From Bacteroidota bacterium (GTDB taxonomy: Bacteria; Bacteroidota; Bacteroidia; Cytophagales; UBA9547), in contig JANRJY010000104.1 in NCBI GenBank assembly GCA_033763735.1, forward strand, positions 7,738 through 71,737: a DNA stretch of 64,000 nucleotides, read 5' to 3'. How positions within the stretch are numbered: the stretch's first letter is position 1; each line of letters opens with the position of its first letter. This document shows, piece after piece, positions 30,201 to 38,324 of the stretch. A program made the position numbers and the translations under genes. Below the pieces are notes generated by a model. That model searched no databases. It had not been told where the DNA came from and was given only the letters and a program-made list of their open reading frames with translations.

Positions 30201-30584
30201 CAAGTAATTGGTGGTTCATCTGTTACAATTATTGGTACATTCTTGAATAATCAAAACCTGAAGGATACTTTAGAATTTTCGATTACCTCAAATGTAAATT
30301 CGCTTCCTGGAGTTTCAACTGCACTAGGATTAAGTGGTTTTAATACGAATGATATTTCCATTTACCCAAATCCTACCAATGGTGCAATTAATGTTATAAA
30401 TAATACCTCCAATAGTCAATTCGTGGTTAAAATTCACAACTTAAATGGTACTGTCGTATTTGAAACTGTAATTCAAAATTCAGGAAATAATTTATTAGAT
30501 ATTAAAGATTTACAATCAGGTATCTATTTTATGGAATTAATAACTGAAAAAGGAGTCATACTCAAACAATTGATCAAACAGTAA
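21204..30584 (+). CDS. Giant (3126 aa) T9SS-secreted multidomain protein: CBM-like modules, Ig-like repeats, GH30-like catalytic core, about 20 Big_2 domains, C-terminal sorting domain
   Basis: Signal peptide MKNITLKICLLFITICSIVITYGQ. The central region resembles a clan GH-A hydrolase. Many Big_2-type units follow (pattern xxLQMTxTxxPxNAxxxxVxWSxxxxxxAxINxxGLxTAxxxGxVTVxAT). The CTD is ISIYPNPTNGAINV...SGIYFMELI (30354-30581). Confidence 0.9.
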   Translation: MKNITLKICLLFITICSIVITYGQNGYFQDFNTGGVPSGFSWESSYTVSVQNQALEINVNKADLFHGVAVNFPTALDLSATNRRKVSFRIKTDTTTRKLPYEIGLSVFNAGTTNNSGGRRTFKVIYPTGKWQTVSFDFNDASFSANFSAITQLNFTFQPVGYMEGNVKVQIDDLAVGNNGTPGQAAIAAPYFLGIPNQEIPINSSFTYKIRNIVDADNLNSNVTFAAVSSNTAILPNPTFTPNPFLSNNYFTFTSGNGSSGDLITNRVLNMVMTPNANQFGMVTVTVTATAASQIAGITSVPYRYIFSVDVKRNVAPTIGTIPTSLTIGSDRTTTIDLDNIFSGNGESAQIMTISGLSSDQSILQNSQIVASYIGISMSGKISITPIQFASPASKIFNLTVNIKDNGGIVAGGSDQTNYIIPVTILPTYYNAPTIPIIPDQVDNIITQGPRTIRIEPITDGNGGSRISSVTAVSGNTGILANPTVSYTPGNNFALLTYNSLVVGTTNISITATNFGAPANSNGNSSFTRAFVMTALNPPQAGYIEPMTVRTIVGPNDADGRFSTVAGTWYVEHQGSQQTVTINTTTGVFTNVMTKAGTAPLYFAGVWYKPYGGGQLFDFATYPYLSVNLSTTNTAGAVAIDLWDVNGNRYGLTSSIAISGTPTVYTFCYTGTPDPGFDFSKVKTILFNFGVTPFNTGAGSWAPYNGTYTMRDLRIGSSALGSGSCTLPIPNVVIGEAPNPYHLTVQTGTKTVTISGINAGSTPITGQNNNPVSLSVNGSFSPSIQSFNTATGIAVIQYTTGGAATGTINVVGNATGSNQTTRSFTVTVQAAPASQNVVVTNDLNANFGDGNKGQTIDGSPFGVCEIWGPSGGSGLPDSYYDMLKEANVQSMRVGIWDFEPKNDNNNPFVLDKTKLDYTAMGVEFFKKARAAGVERFMVTFFSPPSFVKYNNSYGVPNSPFTQSPGFVVTNTVDSSYYEEYAEYAVAFVQGIKEKSGVDIYGLSLGNEIQFNQTYQSVVYTTAQYVEIVRRVGRRLAAAGLKTFIWGAETLQGQDSGNNYLKAVQNDPETRNYFSGYAIHAYAANGVGQAAPSWGSVVTDSRNSLSNGGLTLLRQSPIATVGPGGEQHNGNGGIGIPIYQSETSQGGLTEAQYKSWDNAMGIFAGVSTSLNVGKNSGWYYIGINKDAKMYYTYKHLDKFVFGGARAIPVTQPSGTNVSAVRNPDGSVCVMLANDNTAMRTFSFGGTNMPSVNRAFLSVDNLFWKDLGTITGSISVPPNSLLTLWGGGNALVAASGITVSGATTTNVAGGSIQFTETVLPANLVDKSVTWSVITLTGNATINQSGLMTAVSNGTVRVRATSVATPTVFGEIVVTLSGQYVKVTAISVDGVGGVRNVATASTLQMTVTGVLPTAAPLREASWSLNPSSGIASINATGLLTGISSGVVTVIGTSLDNNTVTSRVVVTVTSSSVAITSATVTGGSNQITTAGGTLAMTSTYSPANATSTTVGWSISGSIASINPTTGLVTALNNGNGVVTVTSTYVSWGITASRVITISGQTSLITSATINGVGGVSVINTANGTLQMTVTGYLPTDATNTTPTWSILAPSLGNSINASGLLSATTNSNGVVTVQAAFGAVTATRVITISNQNVPVTAATINGVGGVTTINVANGTLQMTTTGLAPLGANQNTTPTWSILAPAFGNSINASGLLSATTNSNGVVTVQAAFGAVTATRVITISNQNVPVTAATINGVGGVSTINVANGTLQMTTTGLAPLGANQNTTPTWSILAPALGNSINASGLLSATTNSNGVVTVQAAFGAVTATRVITISNQNVPVTAATINGVGGVSVITSNLGTLQLTTTGLAPLGANQNTTPTWTLIGGTAASLNAATGVLTAINNGVVTVQGAFGSVIATRVITVSNQLTGISITAANSIIGVDLGTKQMILTYVPATASALGVNWSTNNANASVNSSGLVSALLNGLVTVTATSIQNNAFTSSYVITITNQAASFVPVTSVVLSGTASIISTGSTTITGTVLPANATNPALSWSLVPPTGVANIGASTSNNAVLNGIGNGVVTLIGTSVSNGSVFGIRIITVSGFAIPVTSTTVNGAGGINQITASNGTLQMLAPYSPSNANANTVLGWTLIDPTGKNSINATSGLLQANTDGNGLVTVTGAYGAVTSRRVVTISGQGITATSMTINGSNITTQSGTTAMTVVFNPSNANVGTSVGWTSSNASIASVNASTGIVSAVTNGIVTITGTAGSLTSTKILTISGQFVGIPVTSTTVNGTGGVNQITVANGTLQMLAPYSPVNANQNTLLGWSIIDPTGKNSINATTGLLQANTDGNGLVTITGAYGAVTSRRVVTISGQGITATSITINGANISVLNGTSQMTASFGPVGANVGTTVIWSSNPSGRINGTGLVSANGLNEIVTITGTAGSLTAIKLITITGQQIQVTSISISGSNTINTPGGAVFLNSSVLPLNATNTNISWSIITVSGGGLATINNSGTVVAQRNGNGIVTVVGTALDGSGVVTYFPITISGQANDLISLSVFGQGGNEITANGASKLMQVTPFPSNANGSVTWSIITTPGQGKATIDNTGLVTALVNGNGTVTVVGTSVENSSISAFAVLTISGQLIPITSITLSAASGNAAITVDDAILQINYALSPANTTQNNILYSITGQNNFGIPNPSGAELAIIRGNGVLESLWNGIVTIVGYSSQNPTVRDIIVVTISNQYINVTSISGIAPKWTIPQVLNGNKAGVTVTGWAAYPTFASNTTLEYEAISGAKYVTIVGNAINTLDNGDGIAFVRVRSVSDTAIKYILTISAINQSNALSIVVSDDNTTYASGSELQVGAFYLVSGELSPNALSLDEMKKRMTYQFLPQSAVIQSADGSFQIVGGTSVTIIGTYLNNPSLTNTQVFSIANTNSTVGTNITMSVFDNTKTYPTKSTLKSGSYYTVAGVLTPDIYSVIEMQSKMVYQFYPQNAVSQSQNGAFQVIGGSSVTIIGTFLNNQNLKDTLEFSITSNVNSLPGVSTALGLSGFNTNDISIYPNPTNGAINVINNTSNSQFVVKIHNLNGTVVFETVIQNSGNNLLDIKDLQSGIYFMELITEKGVILKQLIKQ
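23711..25060 (+). other. GH30-like (clan GH-A, COG5520-type O-glycosyl hydrolase) catalytic region inside the giant protein
   Basis: FFSPPSFVKY resembles the GH30 SPWSPP-x-WMK segment. YGLSLGNEIQF is a candidate acid/base Glu in an NE(P)-like motif. GYAIHAYA is present. IPIYQSETSQGG is a candidate nucleophile Glu. Boundaries are approximate. Confidence 0.55.
25842..26936 (+). repeat. Four in-frame tandem copies (273, 276, 276 and 270 nt) of one Big_2 unit
   Basis: The string CCACTAGAGTAAT recurs at 26116, 26392 and 26668, an exact 276-nt period. The central copies encode ATRVITISNQNVPVTAATINGVGGV(T/S)TINVANGTLQMTTTGLAPLGANQNTTPTWSILAPA(F/L)GNSINASGLLSATTNSNGVVTVQAAFGAVT. Confidence 0.95.
27507..28562 (+). 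repeat. Tandem duplication of a two-Big_2 unit (537-nt offset)
   Basis: PVTSTTVNGAGGINQITASNGTLQMLAPYSP... at 27507 is repeated as PVTSTTVNGTGGVNQITVANGTLQMLAPYSP... at 28044. Colinearity continues through ...GAVTSRRVVTISGQGITATS(M/I)TING... and ends at ...TITGTAGSLT. Confidence 0.9.
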
Positions 30585-30602
30585 ACTTATATTTTAAATT
30601 CT

Positions 30603-30636
30603 AAAAGGGTGTCTGCTTCAGATACCCTTTTTTTTT
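30603..30636 (+). terminator. Rho-independent terminator after the giant gene
   Basis: Stem GGGTGTCTG / CAGATACCC (9 bp, one G-U pair) with a short loop, followed by a 9-T run. It starts 19 nt after the stop. Confidence 0.75.
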
Positions 30637-30714
30637 GTCCTTTCAAAAACACGTTACTAAGTTTTGATACCCATCAAATATTGGTATAATTGCAGCCCAT
30701 TTAAAATATCAATT

Positions 30715-32958
30715 ATGAAAAGAAAGTTTATTACCCTTTTTGTTTGTTTTGCAATCAGCACGATAATAGGCTATTCGCAATCCACATCAGTAAGAAATAT
30801 AGATCAAAAAGCAGATTCTGTTTTAAAATTAATGACGTTAGACGAAAAAATTGGCCAACTCAATCAATTATCAATTGAATTTGCTACAGGTGGTGATCAG
30901 GTAAAATCCAATCTTTCACTTGAAGAGCAAGTGAAAAAAGGTATGATTGGTTCTTTTTTGAATACTCAAAATATGGACTACAAAATTAAACTGCAAAAAA
31001 TTGCAATAACACAGTCACGTATGAAAATCCCTTTAATTTTTGCACTAGATGTTATTCATGGATATAAAGTGGTTTTCCCAATACCGTTGGCTGAAGCTTG
31101 TTCATGGGATTTGGCTGAGATTGAAAATGCAGAACGTGTTGCAGCAGAAATGGCTTCTGCTCACGGCATACACTGGACATTTGCTCCAATGATGGACGTA
31201 GGCCGCGATCCAAGATGGGGTCGTGTTATGGAGGGTGCAGGTGAGGACACTTGGTTAGGTGCAAAAATAGCAGCAGCACGTGTAAGGGGTTTTCAAGGAG
31301 AAGATTTGAGTAAACCAAATACCATCTTGGCTTGTGCCAAACATTTTGCTGCTTATGGATTTAGCGAATCAGGCAGAGAATATAATACTGTTGAAATGAG
31401 TGAACGTCAATTAAGAGAATTTGTGCTCCCACCTTTCAAAGCAGCTTCAGATGCCGGAATAGGTACATTTATGAATTCCTTTAATACTATTTCCGCAGTT
31501 CCTGCCTCAGGAAATAAAAGATTAGTTAAAGATATTCTAAAAGATGAATGGGGATTTAAAGGATTTGTTGTTTCTGATTGGGAATCCATTTCTGAAATGA
31601 TCAATCATGGAGTTGCGGCCGACTCTATGCAAGCCGCAGCTTTAGCTATGAATAACCAATCTTCAGACATGGATATGGTTAGTCAAGTTTATATTAAATC
31701 ATTAAAAAAATTGGTTACTCAAGGCAAAGTTAAAGAAGGCCATATAAATGACGCATGCAAACGAATACTTAAAATAAAATTTGCACTTGGACTATTTGAC
31801 GATCCCTTGAGATATTTTGACCAAAAAAGAAAAGAAGCTTCTTTAAAAAACCCTGCATACTTAGAAGCTAGTAGGAACATGGCTAAAAAATCAATGGTGC
31901 TACTCAAAAATGATGGAAATGTATTGCCATTAAAGAAAGATATCAAATCCGTTGCTATCATTGGTCCATTTGCAGATGGCAAAAGAGATAGAGATTATAT
32001 GAGTTTCTGGACATTTGGTGCGGAACAAAAAGATGTTGTTACGCTCTATCAAGGAATTAAAAACAAATTAGGGACTAACTCAAATATAATTGTTGATTCT
32101 GCATGTGGCTGGATGGGTAATTGTTCGCCCGAAGGTATTAAAAGAGCGGTAGATCAAGCCTCAAAAGCAGATTATATTATATTGGCATTAGGTGAAAATG
32201 GCGAAAGAAATGGCGAATGCCGTTCAAGGACCAACATTGATTTGCCCGGCAATCAAAAAGAACTTATTAAAGAAATACTAAAACTTAATAAGCCAACAGT
32301 TGCTGTACTTTTTAATGGTCGTCCTTTAACATTAGAATGGGAATCGAAAAACATTCCAGCTATACTTGAAGCTTGGCAACCGGGTTCTCAAGCTGGTAAT
32401 GCAGTAGCCGATGTACTCTTTGGCGATTACAATCCTTCCGGCAAATTGACCATGTCTTTTCCTATGAATGTGGGTCAAATTCCGGTTTATTATAATCAAT
32501 TACCGACCGGTCGACCGGCTACAAAACCAATGGATATGTGGAAATCAAGTTATTCGGATGCTCCAAACGAACCTTTGTACCCATTTGGATATGGATTGAG
32601 TTACACCAATTTTAACTACTCCCAAGTTACATTAAATAAAAAAGAAATAACCAATAATGAAACTTTAGAAGCTACTATAACTATTTCTAATACAGGGAAG
32701 TATGATGGTGAAGAGACCGTACAATTGTACATCAGAGATCTCACGGCTGATGTATCGCGCCCGGTAAAAGAACTAAGAGGATTTCAAAAAGTTATGATTA
32801 AAAAAGGCGAAAGCAAACAAATTACTTTCAAGTTAACGATTGAAGATTTGAAATACTGGAATGCTGATTTAGTTTACAAAGCAGACCCCGGAAAGTTCAA
32901 ATTGATGATTGGACCAAGCTCCAAAACAAATCAAGAAATTGAATTTGAACTGAAATAA
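30715..32958 (+). CDS. bglX: Periplasmic/secreted GH3 beta-glucosidase
   Basis: GH3 motifs are present: KIGQLNQ, IHGYKVVFPIPLA, DPRWGRVMEGAGED, and GFKGFVVSDW with the nucleophile Asp. A C-terminal Fn3-like domain is present. I moved the start to the ATG at 30715, giving the signal peptide MKRKFITLFVCFAISTIIGYSQ. Confidence 0.9.
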   Translation: MKRKFITLFVCFAISTIIGYSQSTSVRNIDQKADSVLKLMTLDEKIGQLNQLSIEFATGGDQVKSNLSLEEQVKKGMIGSFLNTQNMDYKIKLQKIAITQSRMKIPLIFALDVIHGYKVVFPIPLAEACSWDLAEIENAERVAAEMASAHGIHWTFAPMMDVGRDPRWGRVMEGAGEDTWLGAKIAAARVRGFQGEDLSKPNTILACAKHFAAYGFSESGREYNTVEMSERQLREFVLPPFKAASDAGIGTFMNSFNTISAVPASGNKRLVKDILKDEWGFKGFVVSDWESISEMINHGVAADSMQAAALAMNNQSSDMDMVSQVYIKSLKKLVTQGKVKEGHINDACKRILKIKFALGLFDDPLRYFDQKRKEASLKNPAYLEASRNMAKKSMVLLKNDGNVLPLKKDIKSVAIIGPFADGKRDRDYMSFWTFGAEQKDVVTLYQGIKNKLGTNSNIIVDSACGWMGNCSPEGIKRAVDQASKADYIILALGENGERNGECRSRTNIDLPGNQKELIKEILKLNKPTVAVLFNGRPLTLEWESKNIPAILEAWQPGSQAGNAVADVLFGDYNPSGKLTMSFPMNVGQIPVYYNQLPTGRPATKPMDMWKSSYSDAPNEPLYPFGYGLSYTNFNYSQVTLNKKEITNNETLEATITISNTGKYDGEETVQLYIRDLTADVSRPVKELRGFQKVMIKKGESKQITFKLTIEDLKYWNADLVYKADPGKFKLMIGPSSKTNQEIEFELK

Positions 32959-32974
32959 TCTACTTGCTATCATT

Positions 32975-33019
32975 AAAAAAACTTATCCTAAGCGTATCAA
33001 TAAAATATACTTAGGATAA
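32975..33019 (-). terminator. Candidate terminator for the minus-strand icd transcription unit (hairpin may act in both directions)
   Basis: Inverted repeat TTATCCTAAG / CTTAGGATAA (10 bp, 17-nt loop). On the minus strand it is followed by G and then a 7-T run. On the plus strand it lies 25 nt after the bglX stop but has no T-run. Confidence 0.45.
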
Positions 33020-33112
33020 ATTTGAAGGTGAAAGAAATATAGAATTAAATTTTCAATAGTTTGCTTTTAATAAACTTTTAACATGATGTCTCAGTAAATT
33101 ATTATTGTTAAC

Positions 33113-33358
33113 TTATTGAATAGCAACGTTAGCAAACATCTGTACTCTATTTTTCTTTGTGTCAACAAAATTGCGAAACTCATACAAATCTTTTTGTAGT
33201 TGTTTGATTCTTGTTTCACGCATTTTAATTTCTTCCTCATTACTTTCGCCATTTATTTTATTTTCATGGAATTTTATTTTTACATGAATCATAGAAGTAA
33301 TAATCTCAATAGCATCTTTTGGATCAAAGCTGCCATTTATTAGGAGTAAATTTTTCAT
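33113..33358 (-). CDS. Small hypothetical protein (81 aa)
   Basis: The ORF lies 24 nt downstream of icd on the same strand and has a charged helical C-terminal half. I recognised no family. Confidence 0.4.
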   Translation of the reverse strand: MKNLLLINGSFDPKDAIEIITSMIHVKIKFHENKINGESNEEEIKMRETRIKQLQKDLYEFRNFVDTKKNRVQMFANVAIQ

Positions 33359-33382
33359 ATTAATTGTTTTTAAAATTATTAA

Positions 33383-34819
33383 TTATTGACCTTGACCTAA
33401 AGAGTATCCTGCTTTTCCGTCAAAAGCATATAAGTTCTCTGTTTTTACTACATCAATGTTTTGACTAATAGCATTTTGTAATAACTGTACTATATTTTGC
33501 TTTTCAATTAATCCTGCATTTTTGTTTTTAAATCTGCATCTCCAATGATCGGTACAAAAGGTTTCTTTAAACCCATCAGGCCATACTTTAATCCCTCTGT
33601 TTGTAATCATTGTTAGCTCAATATCCTCATTTTTAATTTTGCTAACTTTATCTGCAAGTTCATTAGGATTTGTTCCACTCCAATGGACAAACAAATCGAC
33701 ACCCATGAGCTCTTTTTTGGCAGGTGCTTTTCTTTTATACTTTGGCAAATTCAAAGCACTTCCTTTAGCATATGACACGGGTTTTAAAGTTTTAGGTTTC
33801 TCTCCAATATTTGCAATAACTGCCTTTGCAAATTCTTTGGTTCCTACTTTTTGGGTACTTATTCCTTCTTTAAAGATATCATAAGTATGAATTCCATCTT
33901 CAATTGTTTTAAGCCATGCATTTTGAACTTTTTCGGCAACTTCTGTTTGTCCTATATGGTTCAACATCATGATTGCTCCTTGCAATAATCCGGATGGATT
34001 TGCTAAATTTTGACCAGCCCTACGAGGTGCAGACCCGTGAATAGCTTCAAACATAGCGCACTCTTCGCCTATATTGGCCGAACCCGCAAGACCCACAGAA
34101 CCAGCAATTTGTGCTGCAACATCAGAAAGCACATCTCCATAAAGGTTTAGGGTTACAATTACATCAAACACCTCCGGAGTATCAGCCATTTTTGCAGCTC
34201 CAATATCAATGATCCAATGTTCATTTTCTATTTCAGGATATTCTTTAGCTATTTCGTCGAACACTTGATGAAACAAACCATCTGTTTGCTTCATGATATT
34301 ATCTTTTGTGAAGCAGGTGACTTTTTTGCGACCATATTGCTTCGCATATTCAAAAGCATATCTTACAATTTTTTCGCAGCCTGGACGGCTTATCAACTTC
34401 AAGCATTGAACCACTTCATCCGTTTGCTGATGTTCAATTCCGGCATACAAATCTTCTTCATTTTCACGTATCATTACAATATCCATTATGGGATGCTTTG
34501 TTTTCACAAACGGATGCAAACTCATACAAGGACGAACATTTGAATACAAGCCTAAAAATTTGCGAGTTGTAACATTTAAACTTTTATAACCACCTCCTTG
34601 AGGCGTTGTTATAGGAGCTTTCAAAAAAACTTTGTTTCTACGAATGACATCCCAACTTTCTTTAGCAATACCTGAAGTATTTCCTGCCAAATATACCTTC
34701 TCCCCTACTTCAATTTCTTCAATTTCGATTTTGGCACCAGCGGCTAGTATTATTTCAAGAGTGGCATCCATTATTTCAGGACCGATACCGTCCCCTTTGG
34801 CTACAGTTATTTTTGTCAT
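33383..34819 (-). CDS. icd: Isocitrate dehydrogenase (isocitrate/isopropylmalate dehydrogenase family) with a C-terminal extension of about 140 aa
   Basis: MTKITVAKGDGIGPEIM..., SLNVTTRK, RENEEDLYAG, NLYGDVLSDVAAQIAGSVGLAGSANIG, EAIHGSAP. Start set at the ATG at 34819, which matches the usual N-terminus; the track start at 34858 adds 13 unlikely residues. Confidence 0.8.
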   Translation of the reverse strand: MTKITVAKGDGIGPEIMDATLEIILAAGAKIEIEEIEVGEKVYLAGNTSGIAKESWDVIRRNKVFLKAPITTPQGGGYKSLNVTTRKFLGLYSNVRPCMSLHPFVKTKHPIMDIVMIRENEEDLYAGIEHQQTDEVVQCLKLISRPGCEKIVRYAFEYAKQYGRKKVTCFTKDNIMKQTDGLFHQVFDEIAKEYPEIENEHWIIDIGAAKMADTPEVFDVIVTLNLYGDVLSDVAAQIAGSVGLAGSANIGEECAMFEAIHGSAPRRAGQNLANPSGLLQGAIMMLNHIGQTEVAEKVQNAWLKTIEDGIHTYDIFKEGISTQKVGTKEFAKAVIANIGEKPKTLKPVSYAKGSALNLPKYKRKAPAKKELMGVDLFVHWSGTNPNELADKVSKIKNEDIELTMITNRGIKVWPDGFKETFCTDHWRCRFKNKNAGLIEKQNIVQLLQNAISQNIDVVKTENLYAFDGKAGYSLGQGQ

Positions 34820-35029
34820 GACGTATATGTTTATGTTAGGATTAATTTGTTGCCACAAAAATGATTTATCAAATTCATATATTTTTATTTATATTTATTA
34901 TATTATACATTAATATTATTTATATATATAAAACTAATATTTTCACAAATCCTAACTATTTATCAAAGCCGTGTATACGACCATGCAACAGCTAGGGCTC
35001 CAATAATTTAGGTGAATAATAAAAGTAGA

Positions 35030-35734
35030 TTATTGAGATTTGAGAGAATAATTGGAGATGAATTTGCCCATGATTAGAGCTAAAACTATGGTGGTATACA
35101 AATGGCCCGCAATGCATAATATGATTGCCAACATTTTGGAAGCTGGGTGTATGGGCAACATATCACCATAACCAACCGTAGTGATGGTAACGAAGCTGTA
35201 ATAAATAAAATTTTCGAATTTATGTGCACTTACATTGGACGGCAGTTGATACGCGTCATTAATGATCCATTGCAATAATGAAGCAAGTGATGCACCACAA
35301 AGACCCAGCATCAAAAAGCCTACGATAGAAGCATACACAAGATTTGAAGAAATTTTATCGCTCAAAACTATTTTGACAACTAACTCAATATTGAAATATA
35401 AAAAATACAATGAATACATGAGTTGGGTAAGAAAATCCAAGATATCCAGGTCAGGAATAAAAAAATCGAGCCACGTAAAAATCAATGCTAGACTGCCCAA
35501 TAATATTTCCAAATAATCGATGCGCTTGATTTCGATATCGGCATATATACTTGTGGCCAATACTACAGATATCAATAATGAAAAATAGAACCTCGCCATG
35601 TTCGATTCTTGAAAAAATGGCGACACAACGAGTATCATTACAATTGCTATGAGCAAAAACACATATTTGTTTTCCTTAGGAGATATTTTATGAAAAAAAT
35701 GCAATTTCAGCAAAATTTCTTTTGAAGGATTCAT
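35030..35734 (-). CDS. Potassium channel family membrane protein
   Basis: Canonical selectivity filter FVTITTVGYGDMLP near the C-terminus, preceded by several TM segments. Confidence 0.75.
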   Translation of the reverse strand: MNPSKEILLKLHFFHKISPKENKYVFLLIAIVMILVVSPFFQESNMARFYFSLLISVVLATSIYADIEIKRIDYLEILLGSLALIFTWLDFFIPDLDILDFLTQLMYSLYFLYFNIELVVKIVLSDKISSNLVYASIVGFLMLGLCGASLASLLQWIINDAYQLPSNVSAHKFENFIYYSFVTITTVGYGDMLPIHPASKMLAIILCIAGHLYTTIVLALIMGKFISNYSLKSQ

Positions 35735-35780
35735 ATTCAGGATTATTCAGAGGTGATATATAAACGAAAACTACTTGGGC

Positions 35781-36092
35781 TTATATTTTTTGAGTAGCTT
35801 CTCTGATAAATTGGTCAAATACTGCATTGGCCTGTGTGATTGGCATTGCGTATACATTGACCCCTTCGCCAAACTTTTCTTTAATATATGTCTCGATGGG
35901 CCCAAATAAAAGAGCTTTGGTTTGTGCTGTGATAACTGTATGTTCATTCCTAACTATTTCACCATCTTGCACATAGTAGGATTCATTATTAATATCGATG
36001 GAAGCTTTTGCTATTAATTTATCTCTTAGCAAATTAAAAACTAATTGTTTGGGTTCAATGTTTTTGTTTAAGTAAATGATAATGTTGATCAT
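35781..36092 (-). CDS. Small CutA-like (divalent-cation tolerance fold) hypothetical protein
   Basis: 103 aa, colinear by eye with CutA: LRDKLIAKASI resembles LAEKLAACA, ESYYVQDGEIVRNEHTVITAQTK resembles [21 protein letters not shown], and MPITQANAVFDQFI resembles LPV..G...YL.WL. The similarity is weak. Confidence 0.35.
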   Translation of the reverse strand: MINIIIYLNKNIEPKQLVFNLLRDKLIAKASIDINNESYYVQDGEIVRNEHTVITAQTKALLFGPIETYIKEKFGEGVNVYAMPITQANAVFDQFIREATQKI

Positions 36093-36173
36093 GATTCGTT
36101 TTTTTTGTAAAATAATAGAATAATTTGCATTTATTTTTATTTATATTTGTTATCATATACATTAGCAACATTT

Positions 36174-37094
36174 ATGAACTATACCTTGCACCAACTTCAA
36201 GTTTTTCTTAAAATCACACAGACACAAAGCATTACCAAAGCTTCGGAAGAGCTTAATCTGACGCAACCTGCGGTATCGATACAGTTAAAAAATTTTCAGG
36301 ATCAGTTCGAAATACCGTTAACAGAGGTAATAGGCCGAAAACTTTATATCACAGAATTTGGGAAAGAAATAGCCACCGCTGCGGAGAAAATTATCAATGA
36401 AGTATATGCTATCAATTACAAAACACTTGCATACAAAGGTCAATTGACGGGTAGACTCAAAATTAGTGTAGTATCAACCGGAAAATATGTAATGCCTTTT
36501 TTTCTTGGTGATTTTTTAAAACTTCATTCAGGTATAGAGCTACTAATGGATGTAACCAACAAAGCAAAAGTCATTGAAAGCTTAGAAAAAAATGAAGTAG
36601 ACTTTTCATTGGTATCTGTATTGCCTACTCAAATACCTATTGAAAAAGAAGAGTTAATGGTCAATAAATTATTTTTGGTTGGAAATATGTCAGAAAAATT
36701 TTCAAATAAAAATGATTCCACTTTGCTTGAAAATCTGCCTTTGATATATCGTGAATCTGGTTCAGGAACAAGATTTGTAATGGAAAAATTTATAGAAGAA
36801 CATAATTTGCCCATTCGTAAAAAAATGGAACTCACTTCTAATGAAGCTGTGAAGCAAGCTGTTATTGCTGGACTGGGCTATTCCATTATGCCCGTAATCG
36901 GGATTAAAAGTGAACTGATCAATGGCGAATTGCAAATCATTCCAATAAATGGATTTCCGATACAATCTGTTTGGAATTTGATATGGCTGAAAAACAAGAA
37001 TTTATCACCAGTATCTTTGGCTTTTTTAGAATATATTAGGACAAATAAAGAAAAGATAATTAAAGAAAAGTTTGGTTGGATATCCGCTTATTAA
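36174..37094 (+). CDS. LysR family transcriptional regulator
   Basis: The N-terminal wHTH is [38 protein letters not shown], followed by a LysR substrate-binding body. Start at the ATG at 36174; the track start at 36147 is TTG. It is divergent from the CutA-like gene and overlaps the rocD 3-prime end by 4 nt. Confidence 0.85.
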   Translation: MNYTLHQLQVFLKITQTQSITKASEELNLTQPAVSIQLKNFQDQFEIPLTEVIGRKLYITEFGKEIATAAEKIINEVYAINYKTLAYKGQLTGRLKISVVSTGKYVMPFFLGDFLKLHSGIELLMDVTNKAKVIESLEKNEVDFSLVSVLPTQIPIEKEELMVNKLFLVGNMSEKFSNKNDSTLLENLPLIYRESGSGTRFVMEKFIEEHNLPIRKKMELTSNEAVKQAVIAGLGYSIMPVIGIKSELINGELQIIPINGFPIQSVWNLIWLKNKNLSPVSLAFLEYIRTNKEKIIKEKFGWISAY

Positions 37095-38311
37095 ACAAAC
37101 TCCAGCACCGATTTTTCGATAATATCGGCACATTCATTAATCTGAGTTTCGGTAATTACCAATGGCGGAGCAAATCGAATAATATTACCATGAGTAGGTT
37201 TAGCAAGGAGACCATTTTCTGCAAATTTCAAGCACAAATCCCATGCATTGACTTTATTAAAATAGGGATCAAGTACAATTGCATTAAGTAGCCCTTTACC
37301 TCTTACTAATTGAATATAAGGCGCTTTTGATTGCAGCTGCGTAAGTCTTTGACGTAGCAATATACCTAGTCTTTCGGCATTATCAGCCAACTTTTCATTT
37401 ACTAATACTTCTAATGAAGTCTTGGCTACTGCGCATGCCAAAGGATTGCCACCAAAAGTAGAACCATGTTCTCCGGGTTTGATACAAAGCATAATTTCAT
37501 CCGAAGCAAGTACAGCTGATACAGGCATAGTCCCACCTGAAAGTGCTTTGCCTAAGATGAGCATATCAGGATGCACATTTTCATGCTCTGAAGCGAGCAT
37601 TTTGCCTGTTCTGCACAATCCGGTTTGAATTTCGTCCATCATTAATATTACATTATACTTGGTACAAAGTGCTTGTACCTGAGCCAAGTAGCCATCATCC
37701 GGTATATATACCCCTGCTTCACCTTGTATAGGTTCTACCCAAAATCCACAAACATTAGGATTTTGTAATGCTTTATTTAGCAATGGAATATCGTTGTATG
37801 GTATAATTTGATATCCGGGCATAAAAGGACCAAAGTTTTTGCGACTATCCGGATCAGTGGATGCCGAAATAATACCCAATGTTCTTCCATGAAAGTTGCG
37901 TTGCACTGCTACAATAATAGCTTCATTTTCGGGAATTCCTTTTTTCATGTATCCCCATTTGCGAGCCAGTTTTATAGCAGTTTCGTTGGCTTCAGCACCT
38001 GAGTTCATCATAAGCACTTTGTCATAGCCCAACAATTGACATATGTACTTTTCAAATTCGCCCAATTTATCATTGTGAAATGCTCTGGATGTGAGTGTTA
38101 ATTTTTGCGCTTGGTCTATTAAAGCTGCAATTATTTTAGGGTGACAATGACCTTGATTAACCGCACTATATGCGCTTAGGAAATCGTAATATTTTTTGCC
38201 TTCTACATCCCATACATGCACCCCCAAACCTTTATTAAGTACTACAGGTAAAGGATGATAATTATGAGCACCAAATTGCTCTTCCAATTGAATATATGAG
38301 GCCGCGTGCAT
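37091..38311 (-). CDS. rocD: Ornithine aminotransferase (ornithine--oxo-acid transaminase)
   Basis: [63 protein letters not shown] and [10 protein letters not shown] (PLP lysine) are typical of OAT. Confidence 0.9.
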   Translation of the reverse strand: MHAASYIQLEEQFGAHNYHPLPVVLNKGLGVHVWDVEGKKYYDFLSAYSAVNQGHCHPKIIAALIDQAQKLTLTSRAFHNDKLGEFEKYICQLLGYDKVLMMNSGAEANETAIKLARKWGYMKKGIPENEAIIVAVQRNFHGRTLGIISASTDPDSRKNFGPFMPGYQIIPYNDIPLLNKALQNPNVCGFWVEPIQGEAGVYIPDDGYLAQVQALCTKYNVILMMDEIQTGLCRTGKMLASEHENVHPDMLILGKALSGGTMPVSAVLASDEIMLCIKPGEHGSTFGGNPLACAVAKTSLEVLVNEKLADNAERLGILLRQRLTQLQSKAPYIQLVRGKGLLNAIVLDPYFNKVNAWDLCLKFAENGLLAKPTHGNIIRFAPPLVITETQINECADIIEKSVLEFV

Positions 38312-38324
38312 GAATTTTGTTGAT

